Below are positions 21,352 through 31,710 of a stretch of DNA of 64,000 nucleotides, in pieces (position 1 is the stretch's first letter; each line of letters opens with the position of its first letter). Below the pieces are notes generated by a model that was given only the letters and a program-made list of their open reading frames with translations, was not told the origin of the DNA and did no database searches. Source of the DNA: Nitrososphaeraceae archaeon. GTDB taxonomy: Archaea; Thermoproteota; Nitrososphaeria; Nitrososphaerales; Nitrososphaeraceae. The stretch covers positions 1-64,000 of the forward strand of contig DATGZA010000015.1 of the NCBI GenBank assembly GCA_035297365.1. The letters are read 5' to 3'. The position numbers and the translations under genes are program-made.

Positions 21352-24300
21352 TTAATTTTTTTCACTGATTGTGTTTTCCTCTAAGTAATTCTTCAATGGA
21401 ACTATTGTTGGAGCATTACTTTTCAGCCATTGTAAGGTTTTTACAAACGATATTGCGGCCTCCATAGTTGTCATTACCGGAACACCCATCTCAACCGCTT
21501 TCCTCCTTATTTGATATTCATCATTTAACATATCCAAATATTTTTCCACAGTTGCAGTTGCGGGAATATTTATGATAAAATCAATTTTATGATCGTATAG
21601 TAATTCGGTGATGTTTGGTTTCCTGTCAGGTTCACTTATTTTATAAACCCTTTGCACTTCCTTAAAACCATTATTTTCCAAAAAATCAGCTGTATGTTCT
21701 GTAGCTAAAATATTAAATTCCATTGATGAAATCAAAGACAGAAGAGGAAGCGATTTTTCCTTATTTTTTTGGCCTCCTATTGTGATTAAAGAAGTTCCAC
21801 GTAACGGCAGCGAATATCCAGCAGCCAGGAAGGCTTTACTTAGAGCATCATAAAAGCTTGTTCCAAAACATGCAACTTCTCCAGTAGAATGCATCTCTAC
21901 ACCTAAAACTATATCAGCACCTTCTAGTTGCATAAACGAGAATTGAGGCACTTTAATACCAAAACCGCTGGTTTTCAACCATAAATCCTTTATCTCTGGT
22001 AGAGGTTTACCTAACATCGCTTTTGCGGCAAGATTCATCAGATTTATACCTACGTATTTAGAAACAAAAGGCATTGACCTTGATGCCCTGATATTTGCCT
22101 CAATTACAAGTACTTCGTCATTCTTTACAAGAAACTGAATGTTAAATGGTCCGATGACATTTAGAGATTTGACTATTTTATTTGAATAGCCTGTTATTGT
22201 ATCCATTATATCCCTATTTAATCTCCATGGGGGTATACACATCATCGCATCACCTGAATGTATTCCGGCGTTGTCTATATGTTCTATAATGGATCCAATA
22301 ATTATTTTGTCTTTCCCGCTTACTCCATCCACTTCTACTTCTGCAGCATCTTGAAAAAACTTACTAATAACTATAGGATGATCTGGGCTGACCTCTGTGG
22401 CATTTTCTATAAATATTTCCAACTGTTTGTCATCCCATACTACCTTCATTGCTGCTCCACTTAATACATATGACGGTCGCACTAGCACGGGATATCCTAC
22501 GTCTTGAGAAAAATTAGTTGCCTCATACAGACTTGTAAATTTTTTCCAAGGAGGTTGTTTAATCTTTAATGAATCAAGTAATTTCCCAAACTTCTCTCTG
22601 TCTTCAGCTCTGTCGACATCTTTGCTTTCTGTTCCTATTATTTTTGCTCCATTTTCTGCCAGTTTTAACGTTAGATTATTAGCAGTTTGACCGCCAACAC
22701 ATGTTACTATTCCAGCATCATTTTCTTTTTCATAAATATCCATAACTCTTTCAAAGGTAATTTCCTCAAAGTATAACCGGTCAGAAATATCAAAATCAGT
22801 AGAAACTGTTTCGGGATTACAGTTTATTATTGAAACTTCATTTATTCCATTTTCTTTCAAACCTCTAACCATATTGACAGTACCCCAATCAAATTCTACA
22901 CTACTTCCAATTCTATACGGACCTGCTCCCAGAACTATTGCATTCTTATCTTTCTTTCTAATTTTGATATCATCGGTATCACCGCCGTAGGTAAGATAAA
23001 GATAGTTAGTTTGAGCCGGCCATTCAGCAGCCAACGTATCAATCTGTTTGATGACTGGTTGTATTCCAAATTTTTTCCTAAGTTTTCTAACAGTTATTTC
23101 ATCCAATTTTAAATAAGAAGATAATTGTTTATCCGAGAACCCTGTTTTTTTAGCTTCTTTTATGAGCCTTTCATCAAAATCATTTCCCAAATTTTTCAAC
23201 CTTCTTTCCATGTCTATTATGTTCTTTATTTTGGCAAGAAACCATGGGTCTATACTGGATAATTCATTTATCTTTTCTATGGTTATACCGCTGTATATTG
23301 CTCTGACAACATCAAAAAGGATGCTGTCATCGGGATACAAAAGTGCATGTTCAATATTTTCTAACTCTTCTTCGTTGGGCTCTTTGAATTCATAGTTCTC
23401 AACCAGACCTTTCTTTCCAATGTCACACATTCTTATTGCTTTTTGAATTGATTCTTCAAAAGTTCTTCCAATAGCCATTACTTCTCCAACTGATTTCATA
23501 GCAGTTCCGAGTCTACGGTTAACATTCTCAAATTTATTAAAATCCCATCTAGGCATCTTTACTACTACATAATCTAAAGATGGTTCAAAAAATGCAGTTG
23601 TTTTCTTGGTAACTTTATTTACTAACTCGTTTAGTGAATATCCCAATCCCAATTTTGCAGCCATATACGCTAGCGGATATCCAGTTGCTTTGCTAGCAAG
23701 TGCCGATGATCTAGAGAGTCTTGCATTTATCTCTATTGCACAATATTCTTCTTTTTCAGGATCGAGTCCAAACTGAATGTTACACTCACCAATAATACCT
23801 ACCTCTTTTGTTGCTCTGATCGCTGCAGAACGCAACATGTGATACTCGTAGTTATTAAGAGTCTGAGATGGAGCCACTACAATGTTATCTCCTGTATGAA
23901 CTCGCATAGCCAAAATATTCTCCATGTTGCAAACAATTATAGAATTTCCTTTATAATCTCGCATTACTTCGTATTCTATTTGTTTCCAGTTACCAACATA
24001 TTTTTCTATTAAAACTTGACTGGTCATACTGACTGAGAGGCCTCTATGTACTATCTCTTGTAATTCATATTCATTATAGGCCACTCCTCCCCCCTTTCCT
24101 CCAAGAGTGTATGCAACCCTGATGATTACAGGATAACCAATTTTTTTTGCAATATGAATTGATTCTTCAACAGAGTATGCTGGAGAACTAGGTAATACAG
24201 GAACATTACTTGTCTGCATGGCCTCTTTGAAAAGTTGTCTATCTTCAGTTCTTTCTATTCCGTTAATTGGTGTTCCAAGGACTTTTATTCCGTATTTGTC

Positions 24301-24656
24301 AAGAATTCCTTTTTTGAATAATGATGTACCACAGTTTAGGGCAGTTTGTCCCCCAAATGATAACATTATAGAATCTGGTCTTTCGATTTCTAAAATATTG
24401 GAAACATAATCGGGAGTGATAGGCAAAAGGTATACTTTATCAGAAAACCTTGTATCCGTCTGAATAGTAGCAATATTGGGATTAATTAGAACTGTTTCAA
24501 TTTCCTCCTCCTTTAGAGCTTTGAGGCATTGTGAACCAGAGTAATCAAATTAGCGGTCATCTTCTAATGACTTTCGCCTGCTTCTCCGATTTTTATTGCC
24601 CCACTACCCAACAGAACAACTTTTTTTATATCATTATTTCTTGGAATTATTTTCAC
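21352..24656 (-). CDS. carB: Carbamoyl-phosphate synthase large subunit, split by a 23-nt insert: exon 1 24656(or 24647)-24573, exon 2 24549-21352 (about 1090 aa spliced)
   Basis: The ORF-track protein lacks the N-terminus. Upstream sequence supplies PRNNDIKKVVLLGSGAIKIGEAGE and, in another frame, FDYSGSQCLKALKEEEIETVLINPNIATIQTD. Two ATP-grasp halves and an MGS domain follow. Confidence 0.95.
24550..24572 (-). other. Putative 23-nt bulge-helix-bulge-type mRNA intron in carB
   Basis: GGCG-AA^A-GTCATT-AGAA-GATGAC-CGCT-AA^T. The 4-bp helix GGCG/CGCU is flanked by 3-nt bulges. Cutting after the 2nd nt of each bulge gives GGC GAA TTT GAT TAC (GEFDY). Confidence 0.85.
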
Positions 24657-24659
24657 CTC
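24653..24659 (-). promoter_or_regulatory. Shine-Dalgarno-like GAGGTGA upstream of carB
   Basis: GAGGTGA lies 5 nt upstream of ATT-CCA-AGA (24647); its GTG is itself also in frame. Confidence 0.55.
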
Positions 24660-24704
24660 TCTCTACTTTTTCATGTATTTTATATAGGTTTAATATGGTA
24701 ATTT

Positions 24705-25853
24705 TTATCTCTTATTTAAATTAATAATTTCTTTAAATTTATCAAAAATAAATGTACAATCAAAAGGTCCTGGTGATGCCTCTGGGTGAAATTGTACCGC
24801 TATTGCAGGTTTATCTTTATGTATTATGCCCTCTATAGTTTTGTCATCTGGATTATAAAACCATGGCTCGAATCCTGTCTTTTCTAGACTTTTGGCTTCT
24901 ATTCCATATCCATGGTTTTGACTGGTGATATAGGAATTTTCATTCTTATTATTTATACATGATTTGTTTTGTCCCCTGTGACCATATTTTAATTTGTACG
25001 TATCTGCTCCCGCTGATAACGCCAAAATCTGATTGCCAAGACATATGCCAAGTGTTGGAATTGAATTATCTAGGAATTTTTTTGCCGTTTCGATTGTTGC
25101 ATTGCACATCTTTGGATCTCCAGGACCGTTACTAATTACAACCCCATCTGGATTGTAAGATATCACTCTATCAAACGAAGAATTCCAAGGAAGTTGTACT
25201 ACTCTATAACCTCTCTTCAGTAATTCTCTGATAATACTATATTTAGTTCCTGTATCTAATAATACAATAATCTTTTCGTTGGAATGCCCATAGGTTCTAA
25301 TTTCATTGGAACTTACTGTAGACATGAAATTTTTATTGTCATAATCCTCATTTTTAAAAATTTGAGATATGTCTATTTTTTCAAGTGGTTTTTCAGAGAC
25401 TGATAAAACTCCCATCATTACTCCCTTTTGGCGTATTATTTTTGTCAGTTCTCTTGTATCAACTCCATATATTCCTGGAATTTTTTCTTCATATAACCAT
25501 TCATCTAGTGTTTTTACACAACTCCAATGACTTGCGATATTTGATAATGAATGAATTATCAATCCTTTGACCTGTATTCTTTCCGACTCGAAAAATTTTG
25601 GTAAACCAAATTCGTCTAAAATGTCTTTCTGTGGAACTCCGTAATTGCCAACAAGAGGATAGGTCATGCATAATATTTGACCACTATAAGATGGATCCGT
25701 TAAACTCTCAGTATAACCAACCATTCCTGTATTAAAAACGACTTCACCAGAGCTCTGTACGGGATAACCAAATCCTGTTCCAGAAAACGATTTACCATTT
25801 TCCAATACTAGTTTCGCATAATATCCAGTGTATTTTTGATAAAGTACGGGAAT
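24705..25853 (-). CDS. carA: Carbamoyl-phosphate synthase small subunit (start extended to putative ATT 25853)
   Basis: GEVVFNTGMVGY.E.LTDPSY, SNGPGDP, GICLG, QNHG, QFHPEA. The conserved AKLVLENG begins upstream of the called TTG (25805). Confidence 0.93.
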   Translation of the reverse strand: MPVLYQKYTGYYAKLVLENGKSFSGTGFGYPVQSSGEVVFNTGMVGYTESLTDPSYSGQILCMTYPLVGNYGVPQKDILDEFGLPKFFESERIQVKGLIIHSLSNIASHWSCVKTLDEWLYEEKIPGIYGVDTRELTKIIRQKGVMMGVLSVSEKPLEKIDISQIFKNEDYDNKNFMSTVSSNEIRTYGHSNEKIIVLLDTGTKYSIIRELLKRGYRVVQLPWNSSFDRVISYNPDGVVISNGPGDPKMCNATIETAKKFLDNSIPTLGICLGNQILALSAGADTYKLKYGHRGQNKSCINNKNENSYITSQNHGYGIEAKSLEKTGFEPWFYNPDDKTIEGIIHKDKPAIAVQFHPEASPGPFDCTFIFDKFKEIINLNKR

Positions 25854-25936
25854 TTTTTATCGATATTATTTAAAAATATAGAAAATTTAAATTTTCCTAT
25901 TAGTCTCCAAACGAGGTTCTAGGACTAGGTATTTTT

Positions 25937-27088
25937 TTAGTCATCTTGTTCGTCATCTTGTTCGTCATCTTGTTCGTTATCTTGTTCGTCATCTTGTTCG
26001 TCATCTTGTTCGTCATTTATCAATACTTTTACTGTATCGGTATCTGTTAGACCATCATCATTTGTCACAGTTAGTTGGAATTCCAAAGTTTTATCTTTCA
26101 CGTCATTTGGGACATCAATTGTATAGACCTGCATATTGCTAGGATCTATTTCGATATCTGAGTCACCAATTAGTTCCCACTTGAATCCCGTTATCGAGTT
26201 GTCTTTAGAAAAACTATTGGATGCATCAAGAACTATTTTTTCTTCTTTTGATATAGATTGATCTAATCCTGCATTTGCGATGAGAATTTCATATTCATGG
26301 AATTTATTTTTTGAATTGATATATGCAGGTTGTACGTCTGAGGAATTTTGTTCCATTTGACTCGCTTCTGAGATGAGCCTACTGTTTTCGTTTTCAATTA
26401 CATCTTCTTTAATCTTTTTAAACTCTTGGTTAGATTTTTCATTTTCAACTAATTGATTTTTGTCATTTTTATTGGAATGACTTTCTTTGAAATCATCAGC
26501 AAAATCTTTTTTACTATCCCGTTCCTCTTCATCGTTTGTATCTATGTCTGAATCTCTGTCACTGTCCCGTTCCTTTTCATCGCTTCTATCAATGCCTGAA
26601 AGGAAGAACAGCAGACGCAGCAAATCTCTCTTACTTTGGATTTCCTCTTGATCACTTTTATATTTGGATTTATCGTCGTACGTATAATCTTCTTTCTTGA
26701 CGTCCTTTTCATAATCTCCTTTTTCTTCATGATATGCTGGTCCTTTCATGATTACGGTATCATCTTGTCGCTCCCCAGATTGTTTTTCAGCATTCATTTG
26801 CTCCTTTGATTTTGATATTATATTTAGATCCGTATTCTCGTCCTTTTGTTCTCGCAATTTTAATGGAAATGTCTTGTCATTATATGAGGCATTATCACTA
26901 GCTGATTTTTTGTATGAATGAGAATATACTTCGATCCTTTCTGTGTCTCCATCTTTCTGTGGATTATATCCTTTTGCAAATGCTTGACCCAAAACCAATC
27001 CATTTCCAATGACACCTATTAATAACGAGAGAAAAATAATTGAAATCAAGAACTTATTTCCGAAATTAAAAATAATACCTTTATCCAT
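25937..27088 (-). CDS. Secreted highly charged protein with C-terminal PKD/Ig-like domain and DDEQ-repeat tail
   Basis: Signal peptide; ANAG.DQ...LDAS.S...F.W...FQLTVT..DG..DTDTVKV. Confidence 0.8.
   Translation of the reverse strand: MDKGIIFNFGNKFLISIIFLSLLIGVIGNGLVLGQAFAKGYNPQKDGDTERIEVYSHSYKKSASDNASYNDKTFPLKLREQKDENTDLNIISKSKEQMNAEKQSGERQDDTVIMKGPAYHEEKGDYEKDVKKEDYTYDDKSKYKSDQEEIQSKRDLLRLLFFLSGIDRSDEKERDSDRDSDIDTNDEEERDSKKDFADDFKESHSNKNDKNQLVENEKSNQEFKKIKEDVIENENSRLISEASQMEQNSSDVQPAYINSKNKFHEYEILIANAGLDQSISKEEKIVLDASNSFSKDNSITGFKWELIGDSDIEIDPSNMQVYTIDVPNDVKDKTLEFQLTVTNDDGLTDTDTVKVLINDEQDDEQDDEQDNEQDDEQDDEQDD
25940..26016. repeat. 12-bp tandem repeat (GTCATCTTGTTC) x6+, coding DDEQ
   Basis: Directly visible; one unit carries a single substitution. 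Confidence 0.95.
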
Positions 27089-27384
27089 ATTTTCAATATA
27101 TAAGAGTGCTTTTATTTTTTAACACGAATGATTAAAAGCAATATAAAACTATAATTATCAAAATATCAAAAATTAAGAAAGGTAAAAGTATTCCTACTTA
27201 ATAATTTTGAATTTTATTACATCAAAATTCTATAGGAGCTTATGCGTACATATATCAGTACTATTTTTGCAAGTAGAATATCAGGTATAAAAATTTTAAA
27301 TGATAAAAAAACAGTTTTGTATATTTCTTATTATAAAAAGTTAATATTATCGAAATTTACGATAATATTTTAGATTGATTAATA

Positions 27385-28260
27385 ATGAAGGAAATTTCTA
27401 TTGGTATTATTTCTTATAATGAGGAAAAAAATATTACCTCCTTACTAAATTCTATAAAATCACAAAATATTCCTGCTCCATTTCTCTTAAAAGAAATAGT
27501 CATATGCGATGACTCTTCTGATGTTACTCCTGATTTGATAAGGGATTTTATAAAGGCAAATTCCAATATGTCTATTCGACTATTCCATTCAGAGACTAGA
27601 AGGGGTGCGGCTTCAGGATGGAACGAAATATTTCAGGAATCAAGTGGAGATATTCTAGTTCTTTATGATGCTGATATAAGATTGGAAAAGAACTGTACTT
27701 TTAACTTAGTCAAATCCATTTCTGAAAAAGCCATAGGCCTTTGTGCTTCTAATCCACAACCAATCAAACATTCTAATATATACGGCAGAGCAACCAAATT
27801 CATTTCTAATTGGCTGCGAAAAATTCGGAGATCGAGTCTGACCAGGTATACTGTAATGGGAAGAGGACTTGCAATACGTAATGACTTAGCAAAAAAAATA
27901 ATTATCCCTGAACATATTATTGCAATTGATCTTTTTTTACAAAATAAGCTTATTGAATTAGATGAGAGGATATGGTATAATGATGATGCAAAGGTATTTT
28001 TCAAGTCCCCATCTACGCTTTACGATTTTTTATCTCAAGTCTTACGAGCTAGATCTGGTCACAGACAAATCTCTGTTTACAAGGGAGACGAACTGTCAAC
28101 AAGCTTGAATTTAAAAGCAACTATTGGTTGTTTTTTAAAGGATCCGGTAGGTGGATTATCTACCATCTATTGTTACATGTTCATACCTTATTATGAAATG
28201 AGATATTCAAAAAAAATTTCGTCGGCCAAATGGCATGTAGCAAAAAGTACCAAGAGATAG
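27385..28260 (+). CDS. Glycosyltransferase family 2
   Basis: IISYNEE, ICDDSSD.T, YDAD. Confidence 0.88.
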   Translation: MKEISIGIISYNEEKNITSLLNSIKSQNIPAPFLLKEIVICDDSSDVTPDLIRDFIKANSNMSIRLFHSETRRGAASGWNEIFQESSGDILVLYDADIRLEKNCTFNLVKSISEKAIGLCASNPQPIKHSNIYGRATKFISNWLRKIRRSSLTRYTVMGRGLAIRNDLAKKIIIPEHIIAIDLFLQNKLIELDERIWYNDDAKVFFKSPSTLYDFLSQVLRARSGHRQISVYKGDELSTSLNLKATIGCFLKDPVGGLSTIYCYMFIPYYEMRYSKKISSAKWHVAKSTKR

Positions 28261-29029
28261 ATTTTTTCCTAACCCTAAATATTTCAAAATATTACTCATC
28301 TCATAATATTTGGGATAAAACAATAATATTTACGCAATAATGATATGGAAATATTTTCCTTATTTTATTTCTTGTAGTTGTTGTTTCTGCAGATAGGGAC
28401 ATTTATGTTTCTTGTTTTTGTGTAACTCCCAGTATTCTCCTCGTATCAGATTCCAGTATATGGGAGTATTGCAGCCGTAGCAGCACGTATTATTCATAAT
28501 AATATTGGTATTTGAAATATTAAAAGTCGTTTGTTTATTTTTTTAGTATATTTTGTTTATGTTCTGCTATTTCTCAATCATTTTCTATCTTTTTGTCACG
28601 TCATCTGTTGCTAGTTTTGCGAATATCAAGTTATCTAAATGTGAAGCCTTTAAGAGTTTAATCTCAGAGTCACAGGATTTTATTACCTGGGAGGAGTTCC
28701 CTATAAATCACAGCCCGTTAAAACCCTCTCAGGTCATTATTGTCATTTACTATTTTTTGTAAAACGTCAGTTCTAGAACAACTATTATCTATAATTTGGG
28801 CTTTAATACTTTCTCTGCTGTGGAATAAGAGTATCGAGTTTCTATTTATGTTAATATCATAAATTAATCCATTACTCTAACGATATAGCATTATCTCTGA
28901 AGATGGATTATTATTTTTTTAAAATCATTTTGTTTGAAAGATTAAATATTGCAATAACAGATGACGCTCCTTTCAACCTTGCTTATGTTAAATTTGTATT
29001 CAACAATGTAACAACCAATCATAAATAAT

Positions 29030-29630
29030 TCTGCCTTTCATCACAGTCGTAGTAGCCGCAAGTCTATTGGTCCTAAATCAAGATGTACGGCTACGATTAT
29101 GGCTATGAGCACTACAAGAGTTATCCATATTCAAAAGGCTCTGATGTAAATATTGTAAATCACAATTTTAAACAGCAACATTAACGTAAATGATATTTAG
29201 CCCAGATACCTGAAGTCGGTACTGCCGCAGCAGGACTAAACGAAATAAGAGAAGTTTCAAAGAATGCAAATACACAAAATGGTAACGGATTTGATAAAAT
29301 TATCTTGGACAGGAACCTGGTAAACATACGTCTCCTTGTTAATTTGAACTAGAAAATAAAATCTTGCTCCAGATGAGTAAGAGCCAGGAACATATGGCAG
29401 ATGCTTTACAACATATCTAACACTAGCACAACAACAGTATGTACTGTATAATGGAGCAAAGATCGATGTTTGCACAAGTATGCGAATTCCCCCAATAGAA
29501 CAAATATGACCCCGAAAAATCATGGATAGTATAGAAGAATATAGGAAAAAGGCCAGTATAACTATCGAGCAACAAGACCCCTTGTTCGACTGTCTCGTAG
29601 ACTCTGGACTAGTAAATTCAATGATGACAT
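29030..29630 (+). pseudogene. Decayed secreted-protein gene
   Basis: Frame-shifted segments: LPFITVVVAASLLVL; YGYDYGYEHYKSY; NSNINVNDI*; AQIPEVGTAAA...NANTQNGNGFDKIILDRNLVNI; RCFTTYLT; FDCLVDSGL. Confidence 0.6.
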
Positions 29631-29791
29631 GAAATTTTATCTTTTATCTTTTTTATTTCTTTTAATTAATCCTTTACTTTGACAGTATTTCTCGATTATC
29701 CTATAAATAGGTTAAAAAGTTCTATTTAATTTAAAATATTCAGGATGAAACAGAAATATTATATAGCAACATGTTTCCACTTTGAGTTATT

Positions 29792-30184
29792 ATGAGTAAA
29801 CCAATGGATCTTGGGAGTTTAAAAGTTGGATCCTACATTATTATTGATAATGAACCTTGTAGAATCGTTTCATACGATCATAGCAAACCTGGAAAACACG
29901 GATCTGCAAAAGCTCGTGTCTCAGCAATAGGTGTTTTTGATGGATCCAAGCATAGCATGGTTTCACCTGTTTCTGCTAATGTGGAAGTTCCACTAATAGA
30001 TAAAAGAAATGGTCAAATAGTTTCTATAACAGGTTCTTCATTACAAATAATGGATCTCGAAACCTTTGAGGTATTTGAAACTTCTTCAGTCGAGGACGAC
30101 ATAAGAGATAAGATTGTCCAAGGAGGAGAAATTGAATACTGGAAGGTTCTTGATAGAGTAAAGATAGTAAGAGCTAAAAGTTAA
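29792..30184 (+). CDS. eif5a: Translation factor aIF5A
   Basis: SKPGKHGSAK hypusination motif. Confidence 0.97.
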   Translation: MSKPMDLGSLKVGSYIIIDNEPCRIVSYDHSKPGKHGSAKARVSAIGVFDGSKHSMVSPVSANVEVPLIDKRNGQIVSITGSSLQIMDLETFEVFETSSVEDDIRDKIVQGGEIEYWKVLDRVKIVRAKS

Positions 30185-30273
30185 TTATTTTAATTTATTT
30201 TAATTTATTCTTATATGAGAAATGTGTAAAATCATTGGAAACACATAAAAACGGTGAAGTCTTTTCTAATAGT

Positions 30274-30408
30274 ATGAGCGCGAAAAGAACCATGCCTATA
30301 TGCTTGAAGCCGGATGAATTAGTAATTATTGAGGAATATGCGAAAAGAAATGGACTGACTAATTACAGTCAAGCTATTGAAAAGATAGCATCTAAATCAA
30401 ATAACTAA
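30274..30408 (+). CDS. 44-aa ribbon-helix-helix-like small protein (below ORF-track cutoff)
   Basis: MSAKRTMPICLKPDELVIIEEYAKRNGLTNYSQAIEKIASKSNN; beta-helix-G-S-helix pattern; T-tract after stop. Confidence 0.7.
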   Translation: MSAKRTMPICLKPDELVIIEEYAKRNGLTNYSQAIEKIASKSNN

Positions 30409-30871
30409 GTAATTTTTAATTTAATTTTTTATCTTTTTTGAATAGGTTTAAGATAACTGGTAAATCTATATTTTATCTGGAAATACCAATATGAAACCTG
30501 AACCAGAATTTCATCAGGTCTTTGTTTAAAAGGTATAGAAAACAGACGCATACAAAAGGCAGTACATGGTAAGATGAATCATCCAAAGTCTTAGGATTGA
30601 AACACTATCTACATTTTGCATTAAAGTCTTGTTTAAGACCAAACCAATATTTCAACTATAGGATCTAAAGTTTTCATGACTATTATCCATGTGTGAAGAG
30701 CAGAGAAAGATAAAAATATTGCAATTTAATTCGTGTACTTAATTGCATAAAATTCTTTGTTTTTTCGATGTATAATTATACAATAAAAAATGATAATAAT
30801 TTACAGTTAAAGAAACTGAATATTATCTTAAATCAACAAAGCATTTTGCGATCTATTACTCCTCAGACCAA

Positions 30872-31123
30872 ATGTTTTTATATTTTTTTACAAGTACTAT
30901 CCAACAATTGATTTTTTTAGAAAAAGTTTTCAAGAGATATGAGTGTAAAATATGTAAAAAAAAATTTAGAAAAATAGAAGAGTCTATGCAACACCAACAG
31001 GTAATTCACGGAACGGGTAGATCCTATACATGCAACAAATGCAATCTGAGTTTTGATGGGATGGAACAAATGAGAGATCATATAAAAAAAACTCATTCCT
31101 ACAATGTTATGAAAAAGAAATGA
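30872..31123 (+). CDS. Double C2H2 zinc-finger protein (true start may be TTG near 30908)
   Basis: CKIC...F...H...H and CNKC...F...H...H. Confidence 0.88.
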   Translation: MFLYFFTSTIQQLIFLEKVFKRYECKICKKKFRKIEESMQHQQVIHGTGRSYTCNKCNLSFDGMEQMRDHIKKTHSYNVMKKK

Positions 31124-31197
31124 CACGTCTTACATAAAAATCAAATATATGGAAATCCAGAAGAATAAAATAGTCTAATTTATATATTTCAAATCAT

Positions 31198-31446
31198 ATG
31201 GCTAAAACATGTTCTAAATGTAAAAAATCTTTTGACGAAAAATTAGTCAATGACCCAGGGGCACAAAAATATTCATCCTGCCCTGAATGTTGGAAAGAGT
31301 GGACAACTTATGCGGTTATGGTTATAAATGAAATGAGATTAGATATGTCACTACCAGAACATAGAAAAGCGCTGAAAAAACACGAGAAGATATTCTTTGG
31401 TCTAGAACAGGGAGAAGAAATACAAAAGAACCCAGATAATCCGTAA
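31198..31446 (+). CDS. Fe(II)-trafficking (YggX-like) protein with CxxC pairs
   Basis: CPECWKEW....MVINE.RL resembles the YggX W..W....LINE..L motif. Confidence 0.75.
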   Translation: MAKTCSKCKKSFDEKLVNDPGAQKYSSCPECWKEWTTYAVMVINEMRLDMSLPEHRKALKKHEKIFFGLEQGEEIQKNPDNP

Positions 31447-31710
31447 TATATACACATCTTCTAGGATTTATCATTTAGTAATTTTTGGTATTTTATGAAA
31501 TAAATTTATAACAGCAACTATGATTTTTTTATTACCTTTTGTTGCGTCTTATTGACACTTTAATAAGAAATTTTCGTTTTACGGTCACAATTTTGTATTT
31601 AAATTTGATTTGGTGTCGTGTCTTTTTCTTGATAAAATGGCTTCTGTTAATTTTAACAGTAAAACCTATAGCTAGAGACGTTCTATCGCTGAATAATATG
31701 AAAATTAAAT

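Noticed and set aside
21352-24426. ORF-track carB starting at TTG (MPITPDY)
   Set aside because: It omits about 65 conserved N-terminal residues that are encoded upstream across the 23-nt insert
24550-24572. Programmed frameshift, readthrough or simple pseudogenisation as the explanation for the carB break
   Set aside because: There are stops in both relevant frames and no slippery run. The rest of carB and carA is intact, and the insert boundaries coincide with BHB cut positions.
25940-26016. Possible CRISPR array
   Set aside because: Contiguous 12-bp coding units without spacers; no cas genes in the window
28553-28762. 69-aa ORF (and similar 4365-4547, 38091-38309)
   Set aside because: No recognisable motif, weak starts, composition like AT-rich intergenic DNA
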